From the NCBI GenBank assembly GCA_026026165.1, contig JAPEUD010000105.1, positions 1 through 61,571 of the forward strand: 61,571 nucleotides of DNA. Reading direction: 5' to 3'. Positions 24,988 to 36,160 of the stretch are shown in pieces (position 1 is the stretch's first letter; the number at the start of each line of letters is the position of its first letter). This DNA is from Sarea resinae (lineage: Eukaryota). Both the position numbers and the translations under genes were made by a program. The notes below the pieces were generated by a model. It was not told where the DNA came from and made no database searches. It was given only the letters and a program-made list of their open reading frames with translations.

Positions 24988-25659
24988 CGAATCTAGATGA
25001 TACTGTTGACATTACATTGGTGGACAATGTTTTGAAGCAGTCAACGGTCTCAAAGCGGCAGGAACGGGGTGACTTCAAGTGCGATCGAGATCTATCCGAC
25101 ACAACTTCTCTCTTTTCAATTGTTCTTTCCAATTAAGATACAAGCTCACTTTTACTCACGAGGCTGTGAGCTACTGGAGCAAACTGGTAAGCCTACGTAG
25201 CTGTTACGAAATACATTGGCGTGCTCATACGTTCTTTGGAGACTTCTGTTTGTTGATACCTCTATCTGCAATAGCCGAATCGGGTCATTTCAGCCCTGCA
25301 GCCCTATGCAAGATGATATCAATATTCAGGACAAACGATACGGTCGGTAGAGTACTGAAGTACTCCGGCATCAGGCGCATCTCTTAACGCGGCAACCTGG
25401 CTGGCGCTCGCTAAGTGACTGTTCTGACGAATATAAGGTAAGCGATGAAAAGCGCTTCAGGTTAGCTCATACCTAGTAGACCGAGTCTTTTCCTGACTTG
25501 GAAACGTTTCAAGAGGTACCGTGTTCCGGTTAGTTCACAAGTATCTTCGTACATGTATTCAAGATTACGCCCACAGATCAGCACATCTCTCCAATACATG
25601 TTCATCATCATCAACCAAGACACCCAATCTTTTTCATCTTCTTACCTTCGATCTACAAA

Positions 25660-26633
25660 ATGCCTCATGACGAGCTCACCTCGCCACAAAGTGCAGATGC
25701 TCGAATATTGCAAAGCACTTCGGGAAACTTGATTTCGTCGCCATCTACATCCGCCGGAACAGCAGAGGATACTGGGGTGGCCAAATCCAACGATGAAAGC
25801 ACTTTACTTCCTGGCTACCTCAATCATGTCTTCCAAGTATTCAATGACCATAAACATCCTTTTGTCATCATTGAAGAAGCTGCCATGGCTTGGATGGCAC
25901 TGCACGTCCACCCTAACGAAGTCAGTAAATCATCTCTTCTAAGTGTATTCTGTCCGGCTAACGCTCTCAGGATCTGGACATCCTTGTTAGAGATGCACAG
26001 CTAGATTCCATCCTTGCCAGTCTCCTAGCTACTGGCCGATTCAAGCTGGCGAAGCATAATCCGGATTCGTACCGCTATGATCACTACATTCGCAGCATCC
26101 CTCGCCTCGAATGTGACTCAGGCGTTTTTTATCCATATCTCAGTTTGTGGCCCGAGTCTCTCTATATGCTGTCTGTCGATGGCGATAATGTCGAGGTTCC
26201 CGACCTTCATGCCTGGAATCACGTGCTTATGGAAGACCGTTTCGACCCCGGCGAATCTACGCGAACTCGGTCTCTCAGTTATCAGTCGTTGACGGAGAAA
26301 CAAATCAGGGTCCTTCCCCCAGTCCTTGCGCGAAACTCGGAGATCTCGTGCGCCATCTATGTACCGTCGATCCCGCGTTTGCTTGACGCCCTTCTCGACC
26401 AATGTCGTTATTATGAAGCACATCCTGGGCAACTTTTATCGATCAGACCGGGTTATCATATTGACAACTTCATACGATATCTGCATCTTGAGAAACTCTG
26501 GCAAGAGGAACTCTTGATACCGACACTGGCCGAGCGGAACCAGAATCTGATGGAGTGGAGGATCAGTAGATTCAAAAGAAAGCCGCGTATTATGGGGGTT
26601 GAGAATGGAAAGATTATAACTGCGCCGGGATAG
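25660..26633 (+). CDS. Hypothetical protein (307 aa) with a degenerate nucleotidyltransferase-like motif; intron 25921-25970
   Basis: A GTCAGT..GCTAAC..CAG 50-nt intron joins ORFs 25660 and 26145 into one frame: PFVIIEEAAMAWMALHVHPNE/DLDILVRDAQLDSILASLLATGRF...LSLWPESLY...IYVPSIPRLLDALL. Confidence 0.7.
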
Positions 26634-26779
26634 CTTGGCAACTAATCGCAGTGCAACGCATCGGACTATTACAATACTCTTTTTACAACTTACGGTAGTG
26701 GTACGGGCTAGCCATAGCGTTCTTATCATCAAGCAGAGCACAAACGAGGTTCAGAACTCTCTAGAACATCGGAGAACAG

Positions 26780-27440
26780 AGCTACTACGGCCGCCCCAAT
26801 AAATGTTCGTCCATCAGTGACTTACAGGGCCGCGCCTTGGTGACAGCAATCCTGGCAGACCGCTTAGGGTGATCAATTCAGCGATCAATTCGGCGAAGCA
26901 TGAACCAGGCTGGATACCACCAGTACTGAGCCTGCCAAAGAGGCTATCTACAACCCCAGAGTGTTCGAAAGGGGCTGAATTTGCTCAGGTCATAAAGAAC
27001 AAGCATGAGGCCTAGTGGAATGGTGTTTACTTTACCGATGAAGTGCACTTTGCTTTGGGCCAACGCGTTGCAGATTGAGTTAGAAGGAATGCAGAGGAGC
27101 GGTTCCGTGTTGATTGCATGCAGCGGAAGAAGAAGAAGAGAGGCAAAATTATCTTCATGGCTCGGCTTTTGTTAGATAGGATTCTAGAGGACCATCAGTG
27201 ATCTATAATGCAGAAGGACATGGTGGAAACACAGCTCAAGGCTACTATCTCGAAACGATCATCAAGGTGTACATTGAGCCATGGTTTAGAGCATAGACTG
27301 AAGCTAGAAAGGAGGTTATACTCCGAGAGACTATAATAGAGCGCAGAGGACCTCACATAATTAAGGTCGAACAAGGTGGCTCGCTCCGAGGTAGAAATCA
27401 GTATACAGCGTTTTGCAACCTATCTACTCTTATCACGATT
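26780..27440 (+). mobile_element. Decayed Tc1/mariner (IS630-like) transposase relic; boundaries approximate
   Basis: Fragments across frameshifts: SIRRSMNQAGYH..*ACQRGYL; EFA....*WNGVYFTDEVHFALG...D*VRRNAEERFRVDCMQ; LHGSAFVR*DSRGP.VIYN....GN..QGYYLETII..YIEPW. First catalytic D at 27037. Stops at 27013, 27076, 27177, 27294. Confidence 0.75.
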
Positions 27441-28115
27441 ACCGTTACCAAGCCTCGGGCCGCAGTAGGTATGAGATACAGTGGAACCTGGAGTATTTCC
27501 GTACGAAGACTTGGTACCTCGTACATGCGCAGGTACTGTACCGGGTTGCGGATAGCTCACAGCTCGGATCGTTAGGTGCGCTGGCTGGCTGGCGGGCGGG
27601 CTGCCTTTCATGGCTCGCCTATCTTTTTCCACATGTAGCAGCCACCTGGATACTTCCCTACTCCGGAGTACTCTAGAACCCTAGAGCTTCCCTTTGGAGC
27701 TTTCAATGTCTCGAGATGCCCAAAGTGATAGCGACCGCTGCCTAAGCTCCCTCGATTCACTATTGACTGATCTACGCCTCACCTCGCTCGCCGCAAAGCT
27801 GCTGCCATGCTTCTCATTCTCTGTGAATGCGAACAAGATATACAGAGGTTTGAATAAATATGGCTATGCTGATTGTCTTGTCTGGTACGTTTAGCTACAC
27901 TCCACTACCGGTTGCGAATTGCTGCATCTCACAATTCAAATCCACCACTCCAACTTGGAGCAAAGCCCATGATACCCATAGTCACAGCAAAGACGGAGCC
28001 AATGCCCTCGTCGCCTTCTGCTCTTTGGGTCACTTGTTGTTCTGTTCTGACGGAACAAAATAGAGTCCACCGGTTATTCAGTTGAGCCCTCGACTGCCCC
28101 GCTGTTGCTGCAATC

Positions 28116-31100
28116 ATGAACGGAAGCCAAGATGGTGCAATGGCACCACAGGTAAACGGGAATCGGCGCGGTGGCGAAGATTCAAGCTTGTCCTCTCAGC
28201 GGGCGCTGGCCGGGATCATCGAAGCTCTACAAGCGGTGCATAGTCCGCTTTCCACCAACGAGACTCGAAAGGAAGCTTCCCTATATCTCGACCGTGCAAG
28301 GGCAGACGTGCAAGCCCCCTACAATGGCTTTACGCTGGCTACCGATAAATCTCAAGCTTCTGTCGTCCGACATTTTGCGTTGTCTCTAATCGAATACGCT
28401 ATCAAATATCGATGGGCCGAGTATTCGCCTGAACAGTCTGCCGCGATCCGGGAATGGGTCCTAATACTGGCCCAGAAAACAGCCACGGAGGACCCGCTCT
28501 ATATTCGGAATAAGTTAGTACAGCTCTGGGTGGAAGTAGCAAAGCGCAGTTGGGCTCTGGACTGGCTGGATATGGATGAATTACTTGTACAATTATGGGA
28601 TGGATCTCTGGTGCAAAAAGAGCTCGTATTGTCCATCCTTGAGACTTTATCGGAAGACATCTTCAACAGTGAAGATCCTACAGTCGGGATACGGGGTGGC
28701 GATTTGAATAAAGCTTGTGTGGAAATCTTCACCCCCGCTGCAGTCCTGGCTGAGCGTTTTCCGTCAAGAGATACCAGCTTAAAGGTGCGATGTGGGGATG
28801 AATCATGGCTTGCCCGTATGACGGATCTGCTGGCCTGGTGCATTGACCACAACGTTGAAGCGGACCAATCTGTTCGAGGATGCGCGGTCAAGACGTTGCG
28901 CACGATAAGATCTGTCGTGGGATGGGTCATTCCAAAGGCCGTCTCGCAAGTTCATTGTGTCGACTATATCTGCAGGATCATGGGAACTTCCAGCGTACCA
29001 GTCCATTTGGTATGGTCTACTCGGATGCTCATCCTCTCGGCTTGTTTACTGACTAGTCCAGGCATCCGTTGAGGTTCTACACGCTCTTTACAGCCGCGGC
29101 GATTTTGAGTCTGAAGACTTTCTCGCCCTTGTTTGCCCAATGTATCAGGGCCAAAATGTCGCCTTGCTGCAAAATCTTTACACATGGTCGTGTGTCGAAA
29201 CCTCAGACATAGACGAGTCGAAATACCTTGTACTTCAGAGGCTATCAGAGGTTAGCAATCTTTCTCGTGCGATTTTCCGAATCTGCAAATTAAACAATGG
29301 TCCAGATGATTTCAAATCTTGGTAACTTCATCGAGCGAAGACCGCTCGAGATTCCAGCAGATAGTGATTTGCCCAACTTTCTCAATTTGTGTTTTGATAT
29401 CCTCAGAAACCAGAGTCTCATCGTATCCATACCGCTGCTACATACATGGTCGAAACTGCTTGGGTCGGACACTATCAGCGAATCGGACGCAATTGCCCCT
29501 TTAGTCGGACCACTGCTAGGTATCTGTAGTGAGCGGCTCTTCCGCTACGAAGCTCTACCTGATGAATCCGAGGATCCAACGATTGTTTTCCTGAATGAAG
29601 ATATAGACACGATACCCGAAAGACATGCATTCCTTGGAAACTACCGAAGATACTGCGTCCGCGTAGTCGAAACTATCGTCAAACGAAAGCCATTCGAGGC
29701 TATGTCGCAGATTCTCGGTCAGGTGGATCAGGTCTTGCAAAGCCTTTATGACGGGCAACCTCCCTTTCAAAGTAGGGTCCTGCTGGCTGCAAGCATCGGG
29801 TGACATTATCAAAACCCGCTAACGTCATATAGTCGAATCGTACAACAAAAATTCGGTTCCCAACCTGCGGGTAGACGCTCATTTTACAGTAGTAGAGGCT
29901 GCGCTTAACGGCTACGTCAAATGGGTAACAGGGCATGGCTCAAGGCCACAGCAAGATGTTAGTCAAGTGACCCCCCTGCTCGGTTACCAGCAGTCTAATT
30001 ACAGTCGCCGTAGGAAAAGCAGCGAAATCTAATGGAGGTTCATTTAGAGAGATGGTGTCAACACGTGCTAGAAATGCGTTTTCAGGTAAATAGTTGGACA
30101 GTCCAAGAGTGAGCCAACCACTAACGAGCGCAGGATCCGTTGATTCAGAAGAGAATCATTGAGGTAGTTGTGGAGTTCTCGATCAAGGCATTGAAAAAGA
30201 AAACAGGATTCACATCATTGCTTATTGAGCAAATCCTGTTGAATAATCCAGGTGATACGCCTTCCTACTACATGTACTCCGAAGCTGTAAAGGAGCTACA
30301 GAGTGTCTGTGTTCATGCACTACATCGACTGGCCCTCAACTTTCCAGATTACTTCTATGTAAGTTTCTAGCCTCGGTTGCACTCCCACTCCATTAACAAA
30401 TCCAGTCAATATATTCGGAGCTGGAAGCAAAGATCAACCAACTTATTACGGCGAGTTCGACCGATCCTCGACAAGCTCTCTCTTATGAAACTTTCTTGTT
30501 TCTGATAATGTAAGCTTCTGCAAATGTTGTAGTTGAACTAGACTAATCAAGCTGAAGACATCGGACATCCTTAATCGGTCCAGAGCTACGTGAATCGCAA
30601 TTGGAGAGATTTTTATTGCCAATTCGCTCCGCATGGCAGGACCCAGAGCTTACTCAATCACTGTCTTCGTATAAAAGCTTCTGTGAGCTTTTGGGCTTGT
30701 CCAAGGTCCAGGATTATCTCATAAATCGGCAAGCTTATCAGATTCCGGATTGGTCTTCAGTCCAAGTAGATGACGAAGGGCGCGCAATGCAAGTCGAGAT
30801 GAACGAGCGTCTACACGTGAGTTTGAGAGAAGAATGAGCAGATTCATATTGCTAAAATTGGACCAGAAACTTCCCTTACGACCAACTAAGTCCTTCATCA
30901 CAGTATCGGTCGATAGAACAAATTCGGCATCTCACCGGGTCTCTTGCGTATTGTGGCGTCAACTGATGCCCACGATCTTGCCAAATCTTCTCCAACTAAT
31001 AACGTATGACCTATAACTTCGAGGCGACCACTAGAAGCGAAAAGCTAACATTACAAGACACTCACACGCCTTTCACAACGTTGCAAATTGGCCAGGGCTT

Positions 31101-32352
31101 CCGGAAGAAATGCAACCAATCGTCGGTCGCGTTCTCACGGATCGCTTTTGGCAGGCTGGCATCTCAACGGGAAGTAGAGATGACTTCTTCGAACGACTGA
31201 ATACCACCAAATCCTCTCTCGAGGGATTTGCTTCCTCCGTGCGCAGTACCATTCGCTCTGTTCGGGAAACTTGCTACTCCATAATCTATGCTATGACTCT
31301 CCTCGGCGAAGACTTTTATGGATTCAAGGAGCTACCAGGGCCCTTAGCTCAAGCTCTCTTTGCTGATGCGCACACAATGTCACCTCATCAGCTATCTGCC
31401 CTCCTCAAAGTTGCGAGGTATATCATCGACGGCTGTCCTCCAGCATTGCGGCAGCAATTCCTTCCCCCGATTCTTGCTGCCTTGTTCTCTCAGGTTGACA
31501 CTAAGATCAGCGCTGAATGGGAAAAGATTACACAACAAGATCAGGCTTCGTCTGAAGAGGAGAGTCTCGGAGAGGAGATGAGAAATGAAAGTATACTTCG
31601 TCAAATTACTCACGCTGCCGTCTCTCTGGTAGCGGGTCTTCTCTATCCTGAGCGCGAGAGTAAGTCCGCTCCATACAAGCCCTACTGTTTGTCTTGTATG
31701 TATATTGAGACACGGTATTGCAGATATGGATAGCACAAGCTCCCCCAACGGCATTACCATGCGAATTCTGATACTCTCCGATCCGTCCATACTCGAGCCC
31801 CTAATTCTCTTCTGCACGCACGCCCTTCAAATGCGCGACTCAAGATGCTGCACCATCATTATCAAAGTCTTCCGAATCATTATTCCAGAGTTCACAGCCG
31901 ACTCACCTATCGCGGCCAGCATCCGCGACTTCATTAGCAACGAGGTACTCAAGGCCTGCATCACGTCCATACACGAACCCTATTTTGTCGACCTGCAGAA
32001 GGATCTTGCGCAGCTTATTGCTACAATCGTCATCCTCTACAGTCCGCGCACAGACATCCCGAAACAAATCTTACTCTCTTTACCGGGCCAGAACGAGACC
32101 AAGGTCGACACAGCCATCTCCAGATTGCTCAAGTCTCAGGTTGCTCCTCGAGTGCAGCGCGCGATTGTCTTGGACCTCCTCGCCGGTCTCCGAGGCGTCC
32201 GGATCAGTGAGCAGGGTAAGTTCGCCAGCCCAGACCCGAAGAAGGTGAGGTCGGCTATGCAGGAGCGTTACATGAACGTCGAAGTTGGACAGTCCAAGGA
32301 ACAAAGGGGGGGAAGTCCTGATCTGGGTGGCATAGCTGATATGTTTGGCTGA
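28116..32352 (+). CDS. MSN5: Exportin-5/Msn5 karyopherin; about ten short introns
   Basis: N-terminal P.S.N..R.EA..YL...AP..GF.LA.D.....VRHFALSL.E..I..RW, K..QLWVEVAKRSW, PERHAFLGNYRRY, VLTDRFWQAGIS.GSRDDF, LPLRPTK. Confidence 0.9.
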
Positions 32353-32748
32353 TGGGCTTGTAGATCATCTGTTTCACTAAGAAGCCTTCTACATGCATTT
32401 CTCCGGAAGTCTGCTTCATATGATTGAACTTTTGATCTTGCCTTCTCTGTATTCGTATTCCCTTTTCTTGTCTTGTTTTGTTATATCCTGTCAAGTGCAT
32501 CATAGAAGAAAAATCAAGAAACCATTATTCAAGCTTGGGGGGTTTAAAAGTTGGACATCTTAACCTTGTATTTGTCATATCAGTCATACTTGATAGGAGT
32601 GAACAGACGATCCAGCAAGCTCCTCGATATGAATGGAGCCTGAGACGGAAGACATGGATTTCTTCTGTTTGTTTGATATGGCTCAATGACGTATATATTC
32701 TATGTACAAATCCGATTTCCGTGACTCGCCCCGCTTCTATGATGGCAC

Positions 32749-33658
32749 CTATTTGCTGATGTTTTGGGGAGTGATGGCGAATGTAGGGCGGACGAATCTG
32801 TCGAGATTGAACAACCGATTAGCAATCAATACTACTTTCTTCACAAGCCCCCCTTTCCTTCTTCCCTCACCAGCCCGCAAGCCTGTTCCTCTTGCAGGTC
32901 CCGGGTGCAGGTAGGCAGATAGGAGGAGATCTGTAGTTGAGGTCTGGCTGGGGCCAACGCATACCGGTCGGAATTGTAGACGTCTGTCTCGCTGCCCAGG
33001 AGCGCCTTCTCTCGTGCCCGGTCGGCGTAGTATCGTCGGACCAGGTCGCGGTCTTCCTCGGCTTGGAGGACGGGGATTAGGTGGATGCGGGACCACATCT
33101 TTTCGCGGGCGTATTCACTACACACGGGAGGGAAAGGCGGACTGTTAGCTTCTATGATTGCGTTCTCAGGGGGTTCTGTTTGAGCGAGCGAGCGGGCGGG
33201 TGGGGGATGTTGGGTGCTCGACGGAAGGAGACGGAGACGGAGGAGGGGGGGATCGAGAATGAGGTAGCGAGGAGGAGAATAATTCGATCCACGTGTGTTT
33301 CTGGAGGTAGTGATCGCAAATTTGGGAGGATGCTGAGGGGTGGGGTCGTCGTTACTTTTGCTCCCGGATGCCCTTGCCCAGCTTGTAGAATCCGAATGCC
33401 ATTACGGCGCCCATGCCGACGAGATACCATGTCGCGCGGAAGCCTCGAGCGGGCAGATTGCGCTATTCGGAGGACGTGCGGTGGTTAGCTTCGATATAAC
33501 AGATATATTTCGTCGTCGGCACTGGAGAGCTGGAAGTTGCGGAACATTGACCGATGGTAATGGTGGCCGTGGGCGAGAAGGACGAGGGGGGCATTCTGAG
33601 GGCATACCTTGTATTGAACTGGCTCGTAGCCTCCTGCGGGGGGCAGATCTTGAGGCAT
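32749..33658 (-). CDS. NDUFA13: NADH:ubiquinone oxidoreductase subunit NDUFA13/GRIM-19 (B16.6); introns 33463-33607, 33118-33355, 32798-32964
   Basis: MPQDLPPAGGYEPVQYK/RNLPARGFR...GIREQ/NEYAREKMWSRIHLIPVLQAEEDRD...VYNSD/RFVRPTF. Confidence 0.95.
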
Positions 33659-33920
33659 GTTGGCGGAGAGGAGAGTGCGATGTTTCAATTGATTGATGGA
33701 GTCTGCTATTGAAGCTGGACGGGGAGATGGAATGGAGGTTCGATGATGGTTCGGATGTTGCCGCCGCGGCTAGGCCCGTTGTGGATTTTTCGTGATTATC
33801 GCTTCTACGCAGTAAATGTGGGCAGCATGCGATTATTGCCGTTCGGTGTTCACCATCCTCTACTTTTAGCAATTGCGAAACAAGCTCTGCAAGGTTCTCA
33901 TATGGGGATACTTAGGAGAT

Positions 33921-35288
33921 ATGGAGGAACGAGAACGGCCAAGGAAGCTGCAGAAGCTTGATCATGGAGTGGATGGTGCGGAACAGGACACTGGCTTTTC
34001 TATCACGGATGCACAGCAGACTACCCCCTCTGATGCTTTACCATTCTCTCATCCCAGTCCTGGCGATTCTGAGACTCCAGGAGACGATCATGGAAATGAC
34101 TCAGATGCCGAGGCTGGTCAGCATGAGCCTGCAGCTAATGGAAGCGGGAATCACGAAGCTGGAGCGCAACCTACGCTCTCCAAAAGCGCGCTCAAGAAAT
34201 TGAAGCGCAAACAGCAATGGGAGGAAGGTCGCTCGGCTCGACAGGCCAAAAGAAAGGAGAAGGCGGCGGAGAAAAAGAAGCGCAAGCGTGAAGAGCGTGA
34301 ACAACAAGCGGCATCTGGTACTCCGGAAGATCAATCTGCGGCTGCCAGCGCCTCGGGCCCGAAGACGCCACATCACCAGCGCGCTATTCAGCTACCCATC
34401 ACATTCGTCTTCGACTGCGACTTTGACGAGCTCATGACCGATGCGGAGCGGGTGTCGCTGTCGTCACAGTTGACGAGGTGTTACTCGGAGAATAAGAATG
34501 CGCGATTTAGGGCACATCTTGTCATTACGTCGTTTGGAGGGCATCTGAAGGAAAGATTTGATACGACATTACTTCGACATTACGAGCATTGGAGAGGCGT
34601 GCGGTTTATGGAAGAAGACTTTGTTGCCGCGGCCGAGCAATCCAAAGGCTGGATGAGGGGTCCCCGAGGAGGAAAGCTCGCGGGTGCACTGGCCAAGGTC
34701 GAAGGGACAGAAGATTCGCGGGAGGACGAAGACGAGGTCATCTACTTATCCAGCGATAGTCCGAATACGCTTACGGAGCTGAAGCCTTACAGCACTTATA
34801 TTATCGGCGGTATTGTGGATAAGAATCGGCACAAGGGACTGTGCTATAAACGAGCGGTGGAAAGGGGAATGCAGACGGCCAAATTGCCGATTGGTGATTA
34901 CTTGCGCATGAGCAGCCGGTTCGTGCTGACCACGAATCACGTTCTTGAGATCATGCTCAAGTGGCTGGAGCTGAGAGATTGGGGAGAGGCGTTCGTGAGT
35001 ATCGTGCCAAAGAGGAAGGGCGGGATTCTGAAAGGGACAACGGAAGAGGGGCAGGATGGGAAGGGAGGTGAGGGATACGATAGTGCAGAAGCTACTCCTG
35101 AGGTTGGAGAAACAGGAGAAGATCTCGGCGTTAGAGAGGACGACAAGGGGAACGACAAGGAGAACGACAAGGAGAACGGAAGCCAGAATTCTGCGCCTGG
35201 TGGTGTTTCGTTGGCCGGAGAAACTGAAGGCGAAGGGATAGCATCCAGTAGTCTCAGCGAAGGTCCTGCAGCAGAGCAAGGTGCTTGA
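33921..35288 (+). CDS. TRM10: tRNA (guanine-9-N1)-methyltransferase, intronless
   Basis: LSK..LKK, FDCDFDELM...E..SLSSQLTRCYS.N, IYLSSDSPNTL..L....YIIGGIVDKNRHKG, TAKLPIG.Y......VLTTNHV.EI.L.W....DW..AF...VPKRK. Confidence 0.95.
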   Translation: MEERERPRKLQKLDHGVDGAEQDTGFSITDAQQTTPSDALPFSHPSPGDSETPGDDHGNDSDAEAGQHEPAANGSGNHEAGAQPTLSKSALKKLKRKQQWEEGRSARQAKRKEKAAEKKKRKREEREQQAASGTPEDQSAAASASGPKTPHHQRAIQLPITFVFDCDFDELMTDAERVSLSSQLTRCYSENKNARFRAHLVITSFGGHLKERFDTTLLRHYEHWRGVRFMEEDFVAAAEQSKGWMRGPRGGKLAGALAKVEGTEDSREDEDEVIYLSSDSPNTLTELKPYSTYIIGGIVDKNRHKGLCYKRAVERGMQTAKLPIGDYLRMSSRFVLTTNHVLEIMLKWLELRDWGEAFVSIVPKRKGGILKGTTEEGQDGKGGEGYDSAEATPEVGETGEDLGVREDDKGNDKENDKENGSQNSAPGGVSLAGETEGEGIASSSLSEGPAAEQGA

Positions 35289-35590
35289 AGGTGATGCTAT
35301 CCAAGGAGGTTGATGTAATTGCCTTTGGGTTTTATCTTCATGCATTGCCGGTTGGAGTCAGCATTCACAATGGGAACTAGCTTGCGTAGAAGACATGTTC
35401 GACAGCATATGCCTCGAGATCAGATGGTGAAATTCTAGAATGCGAGTCTAGCGGTTGGCAACCACGTGAAAGGAGCTTTGAGGTTTGTTATTCACTTGGG
35501 CTTTTGCTGCCAAATTCGTTGAACGTCTCAATTTGAGCATAGAACGTCTCTGGATGATTGCATTGGAATGGGAAAGAGGAAAGAACACGT

Positions 35591-35816
35591 CGGTAAGAGC
35601 CGGGACGGTGGACCGTCCGGGTTGCAGAAACGGGCTGGGCCGGGCCTGTGCGGAGCAATGGATCGAGTCGTGGGCTCGCTCGCTCGCTCCATTACCTCAC
35701 GGGACGAAGGCAAGTACCAGGAACCTCACACTGCCCCACGCAACGACGTAAAGTATGACCGAGGGGCCCCGGCACCCGATCGTCTTTTGCGGGGCATTTC
35801 ATCCCCACCGGTGGAG
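35591..35816. promoter_or_regulatory. Cluster of CGG-N7-CGG (AcuK/AcuM-type) and SYGGRG (CreA-type) sites upstream of FBP1
   Basis: CGG-N7-CGG at 35591-35603, 35631-35643 and 35641-35653; CCG-N7-CCG at 35759-35771. SYGGRG matches at 35650, 35789, 35811 and on the reverse strand at 35734 and 35803. Confidence 0.65.
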
Positions 35817-36160
35817 CATATATGTAATGCCAGAGCAGCGATGTTATCATTGCTTTTCCAAGAAATGCCATTCCTTCCAACCCGTTTGAGATATCGTCAT
35901 AGTCAAGACCGTCCTCGTCCTGACTCCATTCAATAGCAATATACCCATCTTTCACCTCATCGTGACAGCTTCAGACGACCTTGATATTCCAGAACGCTTC
36001 CGCCGGACCTCACTCATCCTACATTCCGAACGCTACCGCATTACCGAACCACGAATACCCCTCGACCCTGAGCTTCAATTCCCAATTGAGACCAACCCTC
36101 ACGAACTCCTAAGGACTACACTCGTCTCTCCACAAACACCAAATCCATTCCTCATCAAAC

